Below, in pieces: positions 38,371 to 46,337 of a DNA stretch of 64,000 nucleotides. Position 1 is the stretch's first letter, and every line of letters begins with the position of its first letter. Position numbers and translations under genes: made by a program. The stretch comes from Candidatus Krumholzibacteriota bacterium (GTDB lineage: Bacteria; Krumholzibacteriota; Krumholzibacteriia; LZORAL124-64-63): NCBI GenBank assembly GCA_039714075.1, contig JBDLKA010000004.1, positions 25,782 through 89,781 of the forward strand, given 5' to 3'. Below the pieces are notes generated by a model. That model did no database searches, was not told where the DNA came from, and worked only from the letters and a program-made list of their open reading frames with translations.

Positions 38371-41300
38371 TCACCTGACCAGCATCATCTTCTGCAACAA
38401 ATCCCCCGCACCGGTCTCCAGTTTCGAAAAGTAGACTCCCGAAGCAACCGCCCGGCCGCGACCATCGGTGCCGTTCCACACAACCTCGTGTTCGCCGGCT
38501 GGCATGACCTCGCCGAGCAGCGTCTTCACCAGTTGGCCGCGGGCATCGAAAACCCGCAATTCCACAGGTCCGGATGACGGCAGACTGAAGCGGATGCCCG
38601 TCATGGGGTTGAACGGATTCGGAGCGATCCTCATGGACAATTGCGGCCGCGGGGTGTTCCCGTTGTCCAGCGCGAATTCCCCGTCGTTCAGACCGGCCAC
38701 CGCCATCGCCACGTCACCGGAAGCCGGCAAGGTTGGGTGGATCTCCCCCTCGAGGACCACCGAGGGGGGTTGCCCTTCCGAACCGCTGCCGGATCCCACC
38801 CAGAAGTAGGCCGGCTCCGCATCGGTAACCGAAACGCGCATGTGCACGAGTTGGAGAGGTCGATCGGAAAGCGTGCGGCGGGTTACGGGATACCCCACGA
38901 CCAGGCCGTCGCCGGCAGTGAAATCGAGACCGGTTCCCACCAGGTCCTGTTGGTGGACGACGACGTTTCCGCTCACCCGAATCCGCAGGTCGAAAGCCTC
39001 GATGCCGGTCTGGGCGGCGGAACCGTGCAGAACGACATAGGCATCGATCTGCTCGCCCGGGTCAAGCATGCGCGAGCTCCAGATTCCCGCCGCGTCGAAA
39101 ACAACTCCCATGGTTCCAACGAGCCGGGTCCCGGCCGACCCGCCCCCGGCCACGATCGTCTTGGCCGGAACCGGGCACGACACTCCCATGACCGGACCGA
39201 GCTTGGCCACATCGGACAGGTTGATCATCCCGTCCCAGACGAAATCCGCGGCATAGTCGTACGCTTCACCGAAATAGATGCCGGCAAAATCGGCCACGTC
39301 ATTCAGGGACACCTCGAGGTCGCCCGTGATGTCGGCGCCGTTGACGAAATACTCGAGGCCGTCAAGCCCGCCCGGGTAGCTTGTCGTGTTCAACAGCGGA
39401 TCATCCACGCTCACCTGCAGCAACTCGCCCGGTCCGCTATGGCCGCCGGCGAAAAGAACTCCGCTGATGGTCGTTGCGCCGGTTGCGTCCGTCGGGCCAT
39501 CAGCCGTCAAGGGAGAACCGGGGCATTGGGTCCAGCCGCCGTACTGGGATCTGACGCTTATCTTTTCGGCCGGGAAGCCCACGACCGGATCGCCGAACCC
39601 GTCGACAACCTGCACACCAATGGCAGCATCCACTTCGATTGGCGCCGCACCGGATACGCCGTCCCAAGACAGGGCCGCGGTCAGCGGATGGCCCAGGCCG
39701 TCGGGCGTCGCGAAGAGGGAAACCGGTCCGCCGAGGGCCTGCACGGGGAAGACGGTCACGTTGATCTCGCCCGCAGGTTCGGGTTCTGATCCGGCGGCAT
39801 AGTTCTGCAGGATGTCCTCCAGGGGCAAGGAGCGATCGAACAGGGCGACAAGGTGAAGCTCGCCGAGCCAGGGCCGGTCACCCGTCAGTTCGTTGGCCAC
39901 TCCCAGGCGGTAGGATCCATCCCAGTTCGAAAAATCCCCGGTTGTCTGACCGTTGACCCGTTCCACCCCGTCGACGAAAATCCTGGTCAACCCGGCGCTG
40001 TTGCGAGTGAACACCACATGGGACAATTCCGTGGTCAGAGTCCCTACCAGGGTCGCGAGTGCGGGTTTCCCGTTCAGGTCGGTGGTCGTCGACCGCAGCC
40101 GCACTTCGTAGACGTCCGAGGCCTCTCCGTAGACACCCTGCCCGAGGGTGAAATTCCGCGTCCCGGTATCAGGCGAGAGGGTCACGATGCGGGCGGGTCC
40201 GTTCTGGGTGAGGTTGGCCGGCTTGATCCAGGCCTCGATGGTGATCTCGTTGGTGGCCGTCACCGCGTCGATGAGTTTGGTCGAAGCTCCCGCCGTGCCG
40301 ATCACCGTCGAGCCGTTGACGGACAGGGCGCCGGCCAACCAACCCACGGCGCCGGGGTCGTCGATGACCAGGTCGGCCGGAGTCCCCACTCCGGACAAGT
40401 CGTTGACCGTATTCCCGCCGCCCTCGTTGAAATCATACAGGACGACCTGGCCCGCCGTGGCCCGGGACCCGGGTACCAGCACGGTGAGGACGGCCTCATC
40501 GCTGACATCGCCGCCCAGCCCGTTGGTCACCACGCAGCGGTAGAGATCGCCGTCGTTGACGGCCGCAAGCGGTGGGGTCGTGTAGGTGGAATCGGCGGCG
40601 GCGGGAATATCCATCCCATTGACCTGCCACTGGAAGGAAAGCGGGTCGGCACCGACCGCGACGACACCAAAAGTCGCGGTGGCTCCTTCGAGGGCGAACG
40701 TGCTCGAAGGCTGGGTGACCACACTGGCGGGGACATTCGAATAGTCCACGTACCGTACGACCACGCCCGGCCCCGGCCAAAGGTATTCCGCGCCATGGTG
40801 GGAACTGGCGGAATAGACCGTGACGGTATTCGTGCCGTTCTGCAGAATGTTCGTGGGGATTTCGATCTGGTCGAACGAATAGGAATGGTCCTCGCCGAAT
40901 ACGGGGGTGGTCCAGCCGTTCACCCGCGTCCAGTGGACCTCTCCGGGCTCGGCTTCACCATTGAGCCCGTTCCAGGTGGCGACAAGAAGGCGCGCCGACT
41001 CGGCGTTGACCAGATCGTGCCCTGCCGGAATGACGAAGTCGCTGGAGCGGGTCCGGCCGGCCCTCACCCAGTATTTCTCCGGAACACCGGTCGGACGGTA
41101 CATCGCGACACTGATTCCGGGGCGGCTGAGGGTCAGGCCCGACACCCGGTCGGTGACGAACCACAAACCATTCGCATCCCGGATGCGGGCGACGACTTCC
41201 ATCCCGCCGGCCGGCTGGTCGGGAATCCAGGAGTTGTCCCAGGACACCGAGAAGGGCGAAGAGATCGTCGTGCCGATGTGATTGCGGATCATCACCGAGG

Positions 41301-42063
41301 TGTCGGACCGCAGACGATGGTAGCTTTGCTGCCAATCGGTGAATATGCCGTCGCCGTCGGCGTCGTAGTCATCGTAGTAGCCGATGAACTCGACGCGGCT
41401 GATGCCCGCGCCGCTGGCGGCATCCGCTGTGAAGACGGGACTGATACCGATCGTGTCTCCGGCCGCCGGGCTGGTGATGTTCCCGGTCGGCGCCGTTTTC
41501 TGGCCCGGATCGTAGAAGACCCGCAGGAGGAATCCGTACCACCCCCACTGCCCCCAGCCGAAGCTGTAGCACGTCTGTCTATCGGAAATGCCCTCCAGCG
41601 AGTTGTTGCCCTGCACCAGGTCCGCAAGAGGGACTTCGACTTCGATGGAAAACTGATGGTTGTAACACTCGGGGCTCGTCGGGGTGTTGGCGATCTCGGG
41701 AATGTCGATCCAGTTGTTGCCGTTCAGGCGGAACTGCTTGCCGATCGTTCCGATGTGCCCGCCCCAGACATCGATGACCGCCACGGCCCTGATCGCGCCC
41801 TGCAGGTCGGACACCGAAAGACTGAGCACGGGATTCGGCAGGAAGGTGGAGGGAGAATTGTTGGGATCCCCCACATAGGTGGCGTCAGGGTCCGTCACCC
41901 TCCACAGGTTGTTGCTGTTCGGAATGATCCTGGAAAATTCCTTGTACACCAGACCCGGCGCCACGGCCTTCAGGGTGTCGGAAGTCGAATACTGGGCACA
42001 CACCGGATTTCCCGCCAGCACCAGAAAAACGACGGCAAGAAAAATAAATGGCACCTGGCGCAT
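38371..42063 (-). CDS. Large secreted multidomain protein (Ig-like, LamG, dockerin-like, FlgD-Ig/T9SS-like C-terminal domain)
   Basis: Signal peptide from ATG 42063; Ig-like FQWQ..YRCVVTN; LamG ITIEAWIKP..SHVVFT; paired Ca-binding-like loops; PNPFNPMT. Confidence 0.82.
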   Translation of the reverse strand: MRQVPFIFLAVVFLVLAGNPVCAQYSTSDTLKAVAPGLVYKEFSRIIPNSNNLWRVTDPDATYVGDPNNSPSTFLPNPVLSLSVSDLQGAIRAVAVIDVWGGHIGTIGKQFRLNGNNWIDIPEIANTPTSPECYNHQFSIEVEVPLADLVQGNNSLEGISDRQTCYSFGWGQWGWYGFLLRVFYDPGQKTAPTGNITSPAAGDTIGISPVFTADAASGAGISRVEFIGYYDDYDADGDGIFTDWQQSYHRLRSDTSVMIRNHIGTTISSPFSVSWDNSWIPDQPAGGMEVVARIRDANGLWFVTDRVSGLTLSRPGISVAMYRPTGVPEKYWVRAGRTRSSDFVIPAGHDLVNAESARLLVATWNGLNGEAEPGEVHWTRVNGWTTPVFGEDHSYSFDQIEIPTNILQNGTNTVTVYSASSHHGAEYLWPGPGVVVRYVDYSNVPASVVTQPSSTFALEGATATFGVVAVGADPLSFQWQVNGMDIPAAADSTYTTPPLAAVNDGDLYRCVVTNGLGGDVSDEAVLTVLVPGSRATAGQVVLYDFNEGGGNTVNDLSGVGTPADLVIDDPGAVGWLAGALSVNGSTVIGTAGASTKLIDAVTATNEITIEAWIKPANLTQNGPARIVTLSPDTGTRNFTLGQGVYGEASDVYEVRLRSTTTDLNGKPALATLVGTLTTELSHVVFTRNSAGLTRIFVDGVERVNGQTTGDFSNWDGSYRLGVANELTGDRPWLGELHLVALFDRSLPLEDILQNYAAGSEPEPAGEINVTVFPVQALGGPVSLFATPDGLGHPLTAALSWDGVSGAAPIEVDAAIGVQVVDGFGDPVVGFPAEKISVRSQYGGWTQCPGSPLTADGPTDATGATTISGVLFAGGHSGPGELLQVSVDDPLLNTTSYPGGLDGLEYFVNGADITGDLEVSLNDVADFAGIYFGEAYDYAADFVWDGMINLSDVAKLGPVMGVSCPVPAKTIVAGGGSAGTRLVGTMGVVFDAAGIWSSRMLDPGEQIDAYVVLHGSAAQTGIEAFDLRIRVSGNVVVHQQDLVGTGLDFTAGDGLVVGYPVTRRTLSDRPLQLVHMRVSVTDAEPAYFWVGSGSGSEGQPPSVVLEGEIHPTLPASGDVAMAVAGLNDGEFALDNGNTPRPQLSMRIAPNPFNPMTGIRFSLPSSGPVELRVFDARGQLVKTLLGEVMPAGEHEVVWNGTDGRGRAVASGVYFSKLETGAGDLLQKMMLVR

Positions 42064-42200
42064 GGGGTCCCCCAGGAGAAGAATGAATGATGTCCAAAAG
42101 GGGTTGCGGCCGAATGATAATTCGGCCGCATTCGGAATATCCCCCCCAGACACCATAGATTGGTCAGGGGTATTCCGCTACCTGACGGGGATTGCAGCGC

Positions 42201-43148
42201 TCAGCGGGTTATCAGCCCCAGCCCGATGTGGACGCCGAAAATGGTTCCGCCGTATTCGTCGATCACCAGGCCGGGTTTGTGGGTAAGGTCCAACCCCACG
42301 TCCAGCACCATTCCGCGGCCCAGCGGGACCAGGCTGCCCAGCCGGGCCAGAAGCGCGCCCTTGTTTGCAGTGAATTGATTGAGTTGAAGACCCGGCACTT
42401 CGGTCTTCGCCTTGTGGCGCAGGAGACCAACGCCAAACTCCGCGTAGGGGATGTGGCCCAGCGCCGCGAACGGTCGAGTGGGCAATCCCACCAGCAGCAG
42501 GAACTCGTCGATGCCCAGGTCGGCGGTCGCGTCGACCTCGTTGAAGCCCTCGTCAAGAACCTTGAAGCTGACGCTCCCCCCGCTCTGGCGGATGTAAGAC
42601 AGTGTGATCCAGTTATTGTCGTCGATTCTCAACCTTGCGGTCGCCTGAAGACCGGGCGACGACTCGAATCCATTGAACCAGTCACCTTCGTAGTGGGCGT
42701 AGGTGCCGCCCAGCGTCAGGGCGAAATCGAACAACGACGGGGCGCCCAGACGATTTTCGGGATCGGGTTCCGCCAATGATCCAGGTTGTGGCGCAGGGCT
42801 CTGGCGATACGCCGACGATCCATCACCTTCCGGGCGAGCCGCCGCGATTTCGGAGGTCAGATCCGCGCCGTCGGCAGCGTACACGGCTACGACTTCTTCA
42901 GGCGGAAAGTCGCGATGACGCCCGTCGCTCAGCGTGATCCGCACGAGCGACCCGCCGGGAAGCCAGCGCAGGGAGACATCCGACCAGGTCCAGCCCTCGG
43001 CCGTCGTGACCTGAACTCCTTTCCACGTCGTCCCGTCGGGTAGCTCGTTCACCTGAGGGTCTCCGCCGACTTCCTGAGCAGAAGCCGTGCCGGCGGCCCA
43101 GAGACAGGCCAGCATGATCACAACTCCGATTTGTCGCGGTATCATCAT
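42201..43148 (-). CDS. Putative outer-membrane beta-barrel protein, paralogue 1
   Basis: Signal peptide from MMIPRQ (GAGGT RBS); amphipathic beta-strands in the C-terminal half. Confidence 0.65.
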   Translation of the reverse strand: MMIPRQIGVVIMLACLWAAGTASAQEVGGDPQVNELPDGTTWKGVQVTTAEGWTWSDVSLRWLPGGSLVRITLSDGRHRDFPPEEVVAVYAADGADLTSEIAAARPEGDGSSAYRQSPAPQPGSLAEPDPENRLGAPSLFDFALTLGGTYAHYEGDWFNGFESSPGLQATARLRIDDNNWITLSYIRQSGGSVSFKVLDEGFNEVDATADLGIDEFLLLVGLPTRPFAALGHIPYAEFGVGLLRHKAKTEVPGLQLNQFTANKGALLARLGSLVPLGRGMVLDVGLDLTHKPGLVIDEYGGTIFGVHIGLGLITR

Positions 43149-43174
43149 ACGGTTATCCACCTCGGTGTTCGCCG

Positions 43175-44125
43175 TTACCAGCTCACCCAACCGACCCCGG
43201 CATGAAACGCAATGAAGGTGCCGCCGGGCCCATCTTCCAAGAACGAGGGCTTCAGGCCGACGCGCATCTGCAGGTCCAGCACCGAATTTTCGCGCATGGG
43301 CACCAGGACTCCGAGCTGGGCCACGATGCCGAGATTGCCGCCGGAGTGACTCTCGGAATCGAATCCCGGCGCCTGCGCCGTCGTCTTTACCCGGATGGCG
43401 GTTAGGCCCAACTCGCCCGTCATGAACGGGCGCCGGTCGGATCGCGATCCCAGGCGTCGTCCCAACACCAGGCAATACTCCATGAAGCGACGCGAGAATT
43501 CGGCCGTCACCAACGGGCCCGGGCCTCCGGTGTCGATGTGGAAGTCATGGCCGCCTGCAGCCTGATTACGGTACGCCAGGCCGAGCCATGATTTGCCGCT
43601 GATGCCAATACGAATCGTCCCCATCAGACTGAGTCCCGGGTGCAGGCTCGAGAAGGCATCACCCCCAAGAGCGCCCCAACCGGCCGAGGCCGTCCAGGCG
43701 CTGCCGAATACCTTGGCACGACCACCCTGTGCCAGCCCACGCTGCTCGGAGCCAACGATGCCGATCTCGTTGTGAACCGGCGTCGCAGGCGCCGGTTCCT
43801 CGGGGGCGCCGGCGGGTCTGGCGGCCATGACCTCGGCCCGCAGATCGCGGTATTCCGAACCAACGATTCGCATCAGCCGGTCCGGATGCACGTCCATCCA
43901 GCCGCCGTCCGACCGCAGCAGGTGCAGCCGTGAGCCATCGGCAACCCAACGCACTGTCACGTCGGTGATGACCCGGTCGTCTTCCAGCACGACGAATGAC
44001 GGCGTCCACGACGGACCGGCAATCGTATCGCTCGGCGCCGCGACTTCCTGGGCGTACGCTACGCCGCCGGTCACCAGATGAAGAAGGAATGCGAGGGTGG
44101 AAACGAACCGGATATTGTCATTCAC
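43175..44125 (-). CDS. Putative outer-membrane beta-barrel protein, paralogue 2
   Basis: Same architecture as its neighbour; ends in an aromatic residue (GVGWVSW); GTG start uncertain. Confidence 0.62.
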   Translation of the reverse strand: MNDNIRFVSTLAFLLHLVTGGVAYAQEVAAPSDTIAGPSWTPSFVVLEDDRVITDVTVRWVADGSRLHLLRSDGGWMDVHPDRLMRIVGSEYRDLRAEVMAARPAGAPEEPAPATPVHNEIGIVGSEQRGLAQGGRAKVFGSAWTASAGWGALGGDAFSSLHPGLSLMGTIRIGISGKSWLGLAYRNQAAGGHDFHIDTGGPGPLVTAEFSRRFMEYCLVLGRRLGSRSDRRPFMTGELGLTAIRVKTTAQAPGFDSESHSGGNLGIVAQLGVLVPMRENSVLDLQMRVGLKPSFLEDGPGGTFIAFHAGVGWVSW

Positions 44126-44318
44126 GAAAAAATTCCCATTAGTCGGATGTTCATCGATGTTACAAGTCAACAGGCCACGGCACAATTGTGAGCGGTCGCC
44201 GGATTCCAAACCGGGCACCTGGAACAGGTGGGTTCAACCTGCTGCTACCTTTAGATCAGCATATCATAGGGATTCGGAGTATTTAAGATCAATTTGCAGG
44301 GTGGAAATGGTATTCCAG

Positions 44319-44645
44319 CTAAGAGGGAACGGATGAACCGGAGGCAACCATGTCCGATTCGCACCTAACCGCGGGCCCCAAATCGTTCAGCCGCAGATGA
44401 CAGAAGATGTGTTGCCCGTCGGCATCCACGATGCGCAGTTCATCATCCTGCGTGGTATCGGTCAGGACCCGGTCGAAGGTCGGTCCATACCACCGCCGAA
44501 CCTCGTCGACGGGGATTTCGTGCGCGATGAACTTCCCGATGCCCTTCGCGGCCATGCGCGAAATCAAGTCCGGATCGTCCAGCGTATCGAGTGAGGTGAG
44601 GACAAGGATGGGTCCGGATCCCGTGAAGACTATTGCCGCCTTCAT
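44319..44645 (-). CDS. Small hypothetical cytosolic protein
   Basis: Strong RBS AAAGGAGG; MKAAIVFTGSGPIL..KGIGKFIAHE. Confidence 0.75.
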   Translation of the reverse strand: MKAAIVFTGSGPILVLTSLDTLDDPDLISRMAAKGIGKFIAHEIPVDEVRRWYGPTFDRVLTDTTQDDELRIVDADGQHIFCHLRLNDLGPAVRCESDMVASGSSVPS

Positions 44646-44948
44646 GGCGCCCTCCTTTCATGGGAACGGACGGTCAAGGCCGTACCGAGAGAGGTAGTCT
44701 CAAGATAAACAGGGCGGGCATGGATCGCCGCCGAGCTACAAGGATGCGCACCCCTTCGAACCGGTTGGAGTATGCATTGACCCGGTGGCCGGCTTGCGGT
44801 TAAATCAGTTCTGCCTATGATTTCCGCAAGGAGGAAAATGATCACCCTTCTCTTCCTCCGACGCTTCCCCCATATCGCTGTCAATCTTGCGGGCGGTCCT
44901 GTTCGGCTCGGGGTTTTGTAATAACAACTGATCAGAAGTGAAGGATTG

Positions 44949-45191
44949 ATGGCAGGTTACCCACGGCATTGGAATTTTGACGAGATCTATGATTCGGCGG
45001 ACCGCGGCTGCGGCGATTTCATCATCGACCTGCGTGAAGTGATGACGGATCTGGAACCGGGAGCGACGCTTATGGTGGCCAGCCGCGACGCCGGCGCTCC
45101 GGTGGAAATCCCGGCCTGGTGCCGCCTGACCGGTCACAAACTGATCGCGGCCGAACCGCCTTTCTACCTGTTGTGCAAGCGCGATACCTGA
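44949..45191 (+). CDS. TusA/SirA-like sulfur carrier protein
   Basis: 80 aa; DRGCG in place of the TusA D.RG..CP motif; RDAGAPVEIPAWCRLTGH; ATG 44949 after GAAGGA. Confidence 0.82.
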   Translation: MAGYPRHWNFDEIYDSADRGCGDFIIDLREVMTDLEPGATLMVASRDAGAPVEIPAWCRLTGHKLIAAEPPFYLLCKRDT

Positions 45192-45213
45192 ACCTGAAGG
45201 AAGGATACCGATC

Positions 45214-45579
45214 ATGGCCAATACATTCTGCGTGACGATTACCGAGAGCAAAACCAACGGTGACAAGGCCACCGTGGGTTTCGTGGTGGCCAACGCGGCC
45301 CTGGGCAGCGACAAGGACACCCTGGTTTTTCTGAGCGCCGACGGCGTGTGGTCCGCGGTCAAGGGCGAAGTCGACAAGATCGTCGAGGGCGAACCTTTCG
45401 CTCCGCTCAAGGAGCTGGTCGAGAAGTTCACGAACGGCGGCGGCAGGATCCTGGTCTGCTCCCCTTGTATGAAAAAGCGAGGCATCACCGAGGACATGCT
45501 GATCGAAGGTGCGGCTCCAGCGGGCGGGGCCGCCCTGGTGGAGTGGCTGTCCAACGGATCGCCCTGCGTGGGGTACTAG
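45214..45579 (+). CDS. DsrE/DsrF-like protein with CxxC
   Basis: VFLSADGV and GGRILVCSPCMKKRGI. Confidence 0.85.
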   Translation: MANTFCVTITESKTNGDKATVGFVVANAALGSDKDTLVFLSADGVWSAVKGEVDKIVEGEPFAPLKELVEKFTNGGGRILVCSPCMKKRGITEDMLIEGAAPAGGAALVEWLSNGSPCVGY

Positions 45580-45581
45580 AA

Positions 45582-46328
45582 ATGGCGGGACTTGACGATC
45601 TGGTTCCGGATCATGTTTTCGACGGCGGTGACCTGGACTGCGGGTCGGGCCTGGTACTGCTGATCCGGGAGCACATGCTCAAGGTACCGCCGGACGGTGT
45701 CCTGGAGATGCGTAGCGTCGAATCCACCGTGGCCGACGACCTGCCGCCCTGGTGCCGCATGGTGGGACACGAGTTTCTGGGGTCGCTTCCCGGGGAATCG
45801 GCCGCCCAGAAACGGTTCTTCGTGCGGAAGGGAGCCGGCCAGGTGGCGCAGGAAGAAGCCAAAGCCCTGGAAGAGGACAAGGACCGCGCCCGACAATACC
45901 AATGGCGCCTGCGGGCACGGGCGTCAGGTCATCTGAAGACCACGGTCTACTGTCGCAACTTCCAGTGGGATCTGGGGCAGCCCGCCAGTTTCGAGGAGAA
46001 GGACGCACATCCTTCGGCGGTGGAGGCCGTGCTGGGGGCCCTTGCCGGCGACCTGGTGACGGGGTTTTCCTCGGCTGCGGCCGCCTCCGGTCTGACGGTG
46101 GACGATGTGGAACTGACGGCCTGTGGAAGGTTGCACGATGTCATGGCCCACCTAGGTCTGAGCGAGGGCGATCCATCGTTTGCGGCCATCGAGGTGAAGC
46201 TGTTTGCCTCGACATTCGACGATGAAGAACGTGTGCGCACGGTCTGGGAAAAGACGGTCCGGCGTTCACCCCTGGCGGCAACCTTGGCCAAGGCCACGGA
46301 GTTGGTGGCGAAGATCGCCATCGTGTGA
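45582..46328 (+). CDS. TusA-like + OsmC-like fusion protein
   Basis: True start ATG 45582; N-terminal DGGDLDCGSG..DLPPWCRMVGH; C-terminal OsmC-fold pattern PSAVEAVLGALAGDL..RSPLAATL. Confidence 0.82.
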   Translation: MAGLDDLVPDHVFDGGDLDCGSGLVLLIREHMLKVPPDGVLEMRSVESTVADDLPPWCRMVGHEFLGSLPGESAAQKRFFVRKGAGQVAQEEAKALEEDKDRARQYQWRLRARASGHLKTTVYCRNFQWDLGQPASFEEKDAHPSAVEAVLGALAGDLVTGFSSAAAASGLTVDDVELTACGRLHDVMAHLGLSEGDPSFAAIEVKLFASTFDDEERVRTVWEKTVRRSPLAATLAKATELVAKIAIV

Positions 46329-46337
46329 GGAGAATCA

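Noticed and set aside
44184..44195. AATTGTGAGCGG, matching half of the lac operator
   Set aside because: Only 12 nt, with no second half and no vector context; chance match.
44646..44948. Possible SAM or other riboswitch upstream of the sulfur-relay operon
   Set aside because: I could not match SAM-I, SAM-II or cobalamin consensus elements by eye; an Rfam scan would settle it.
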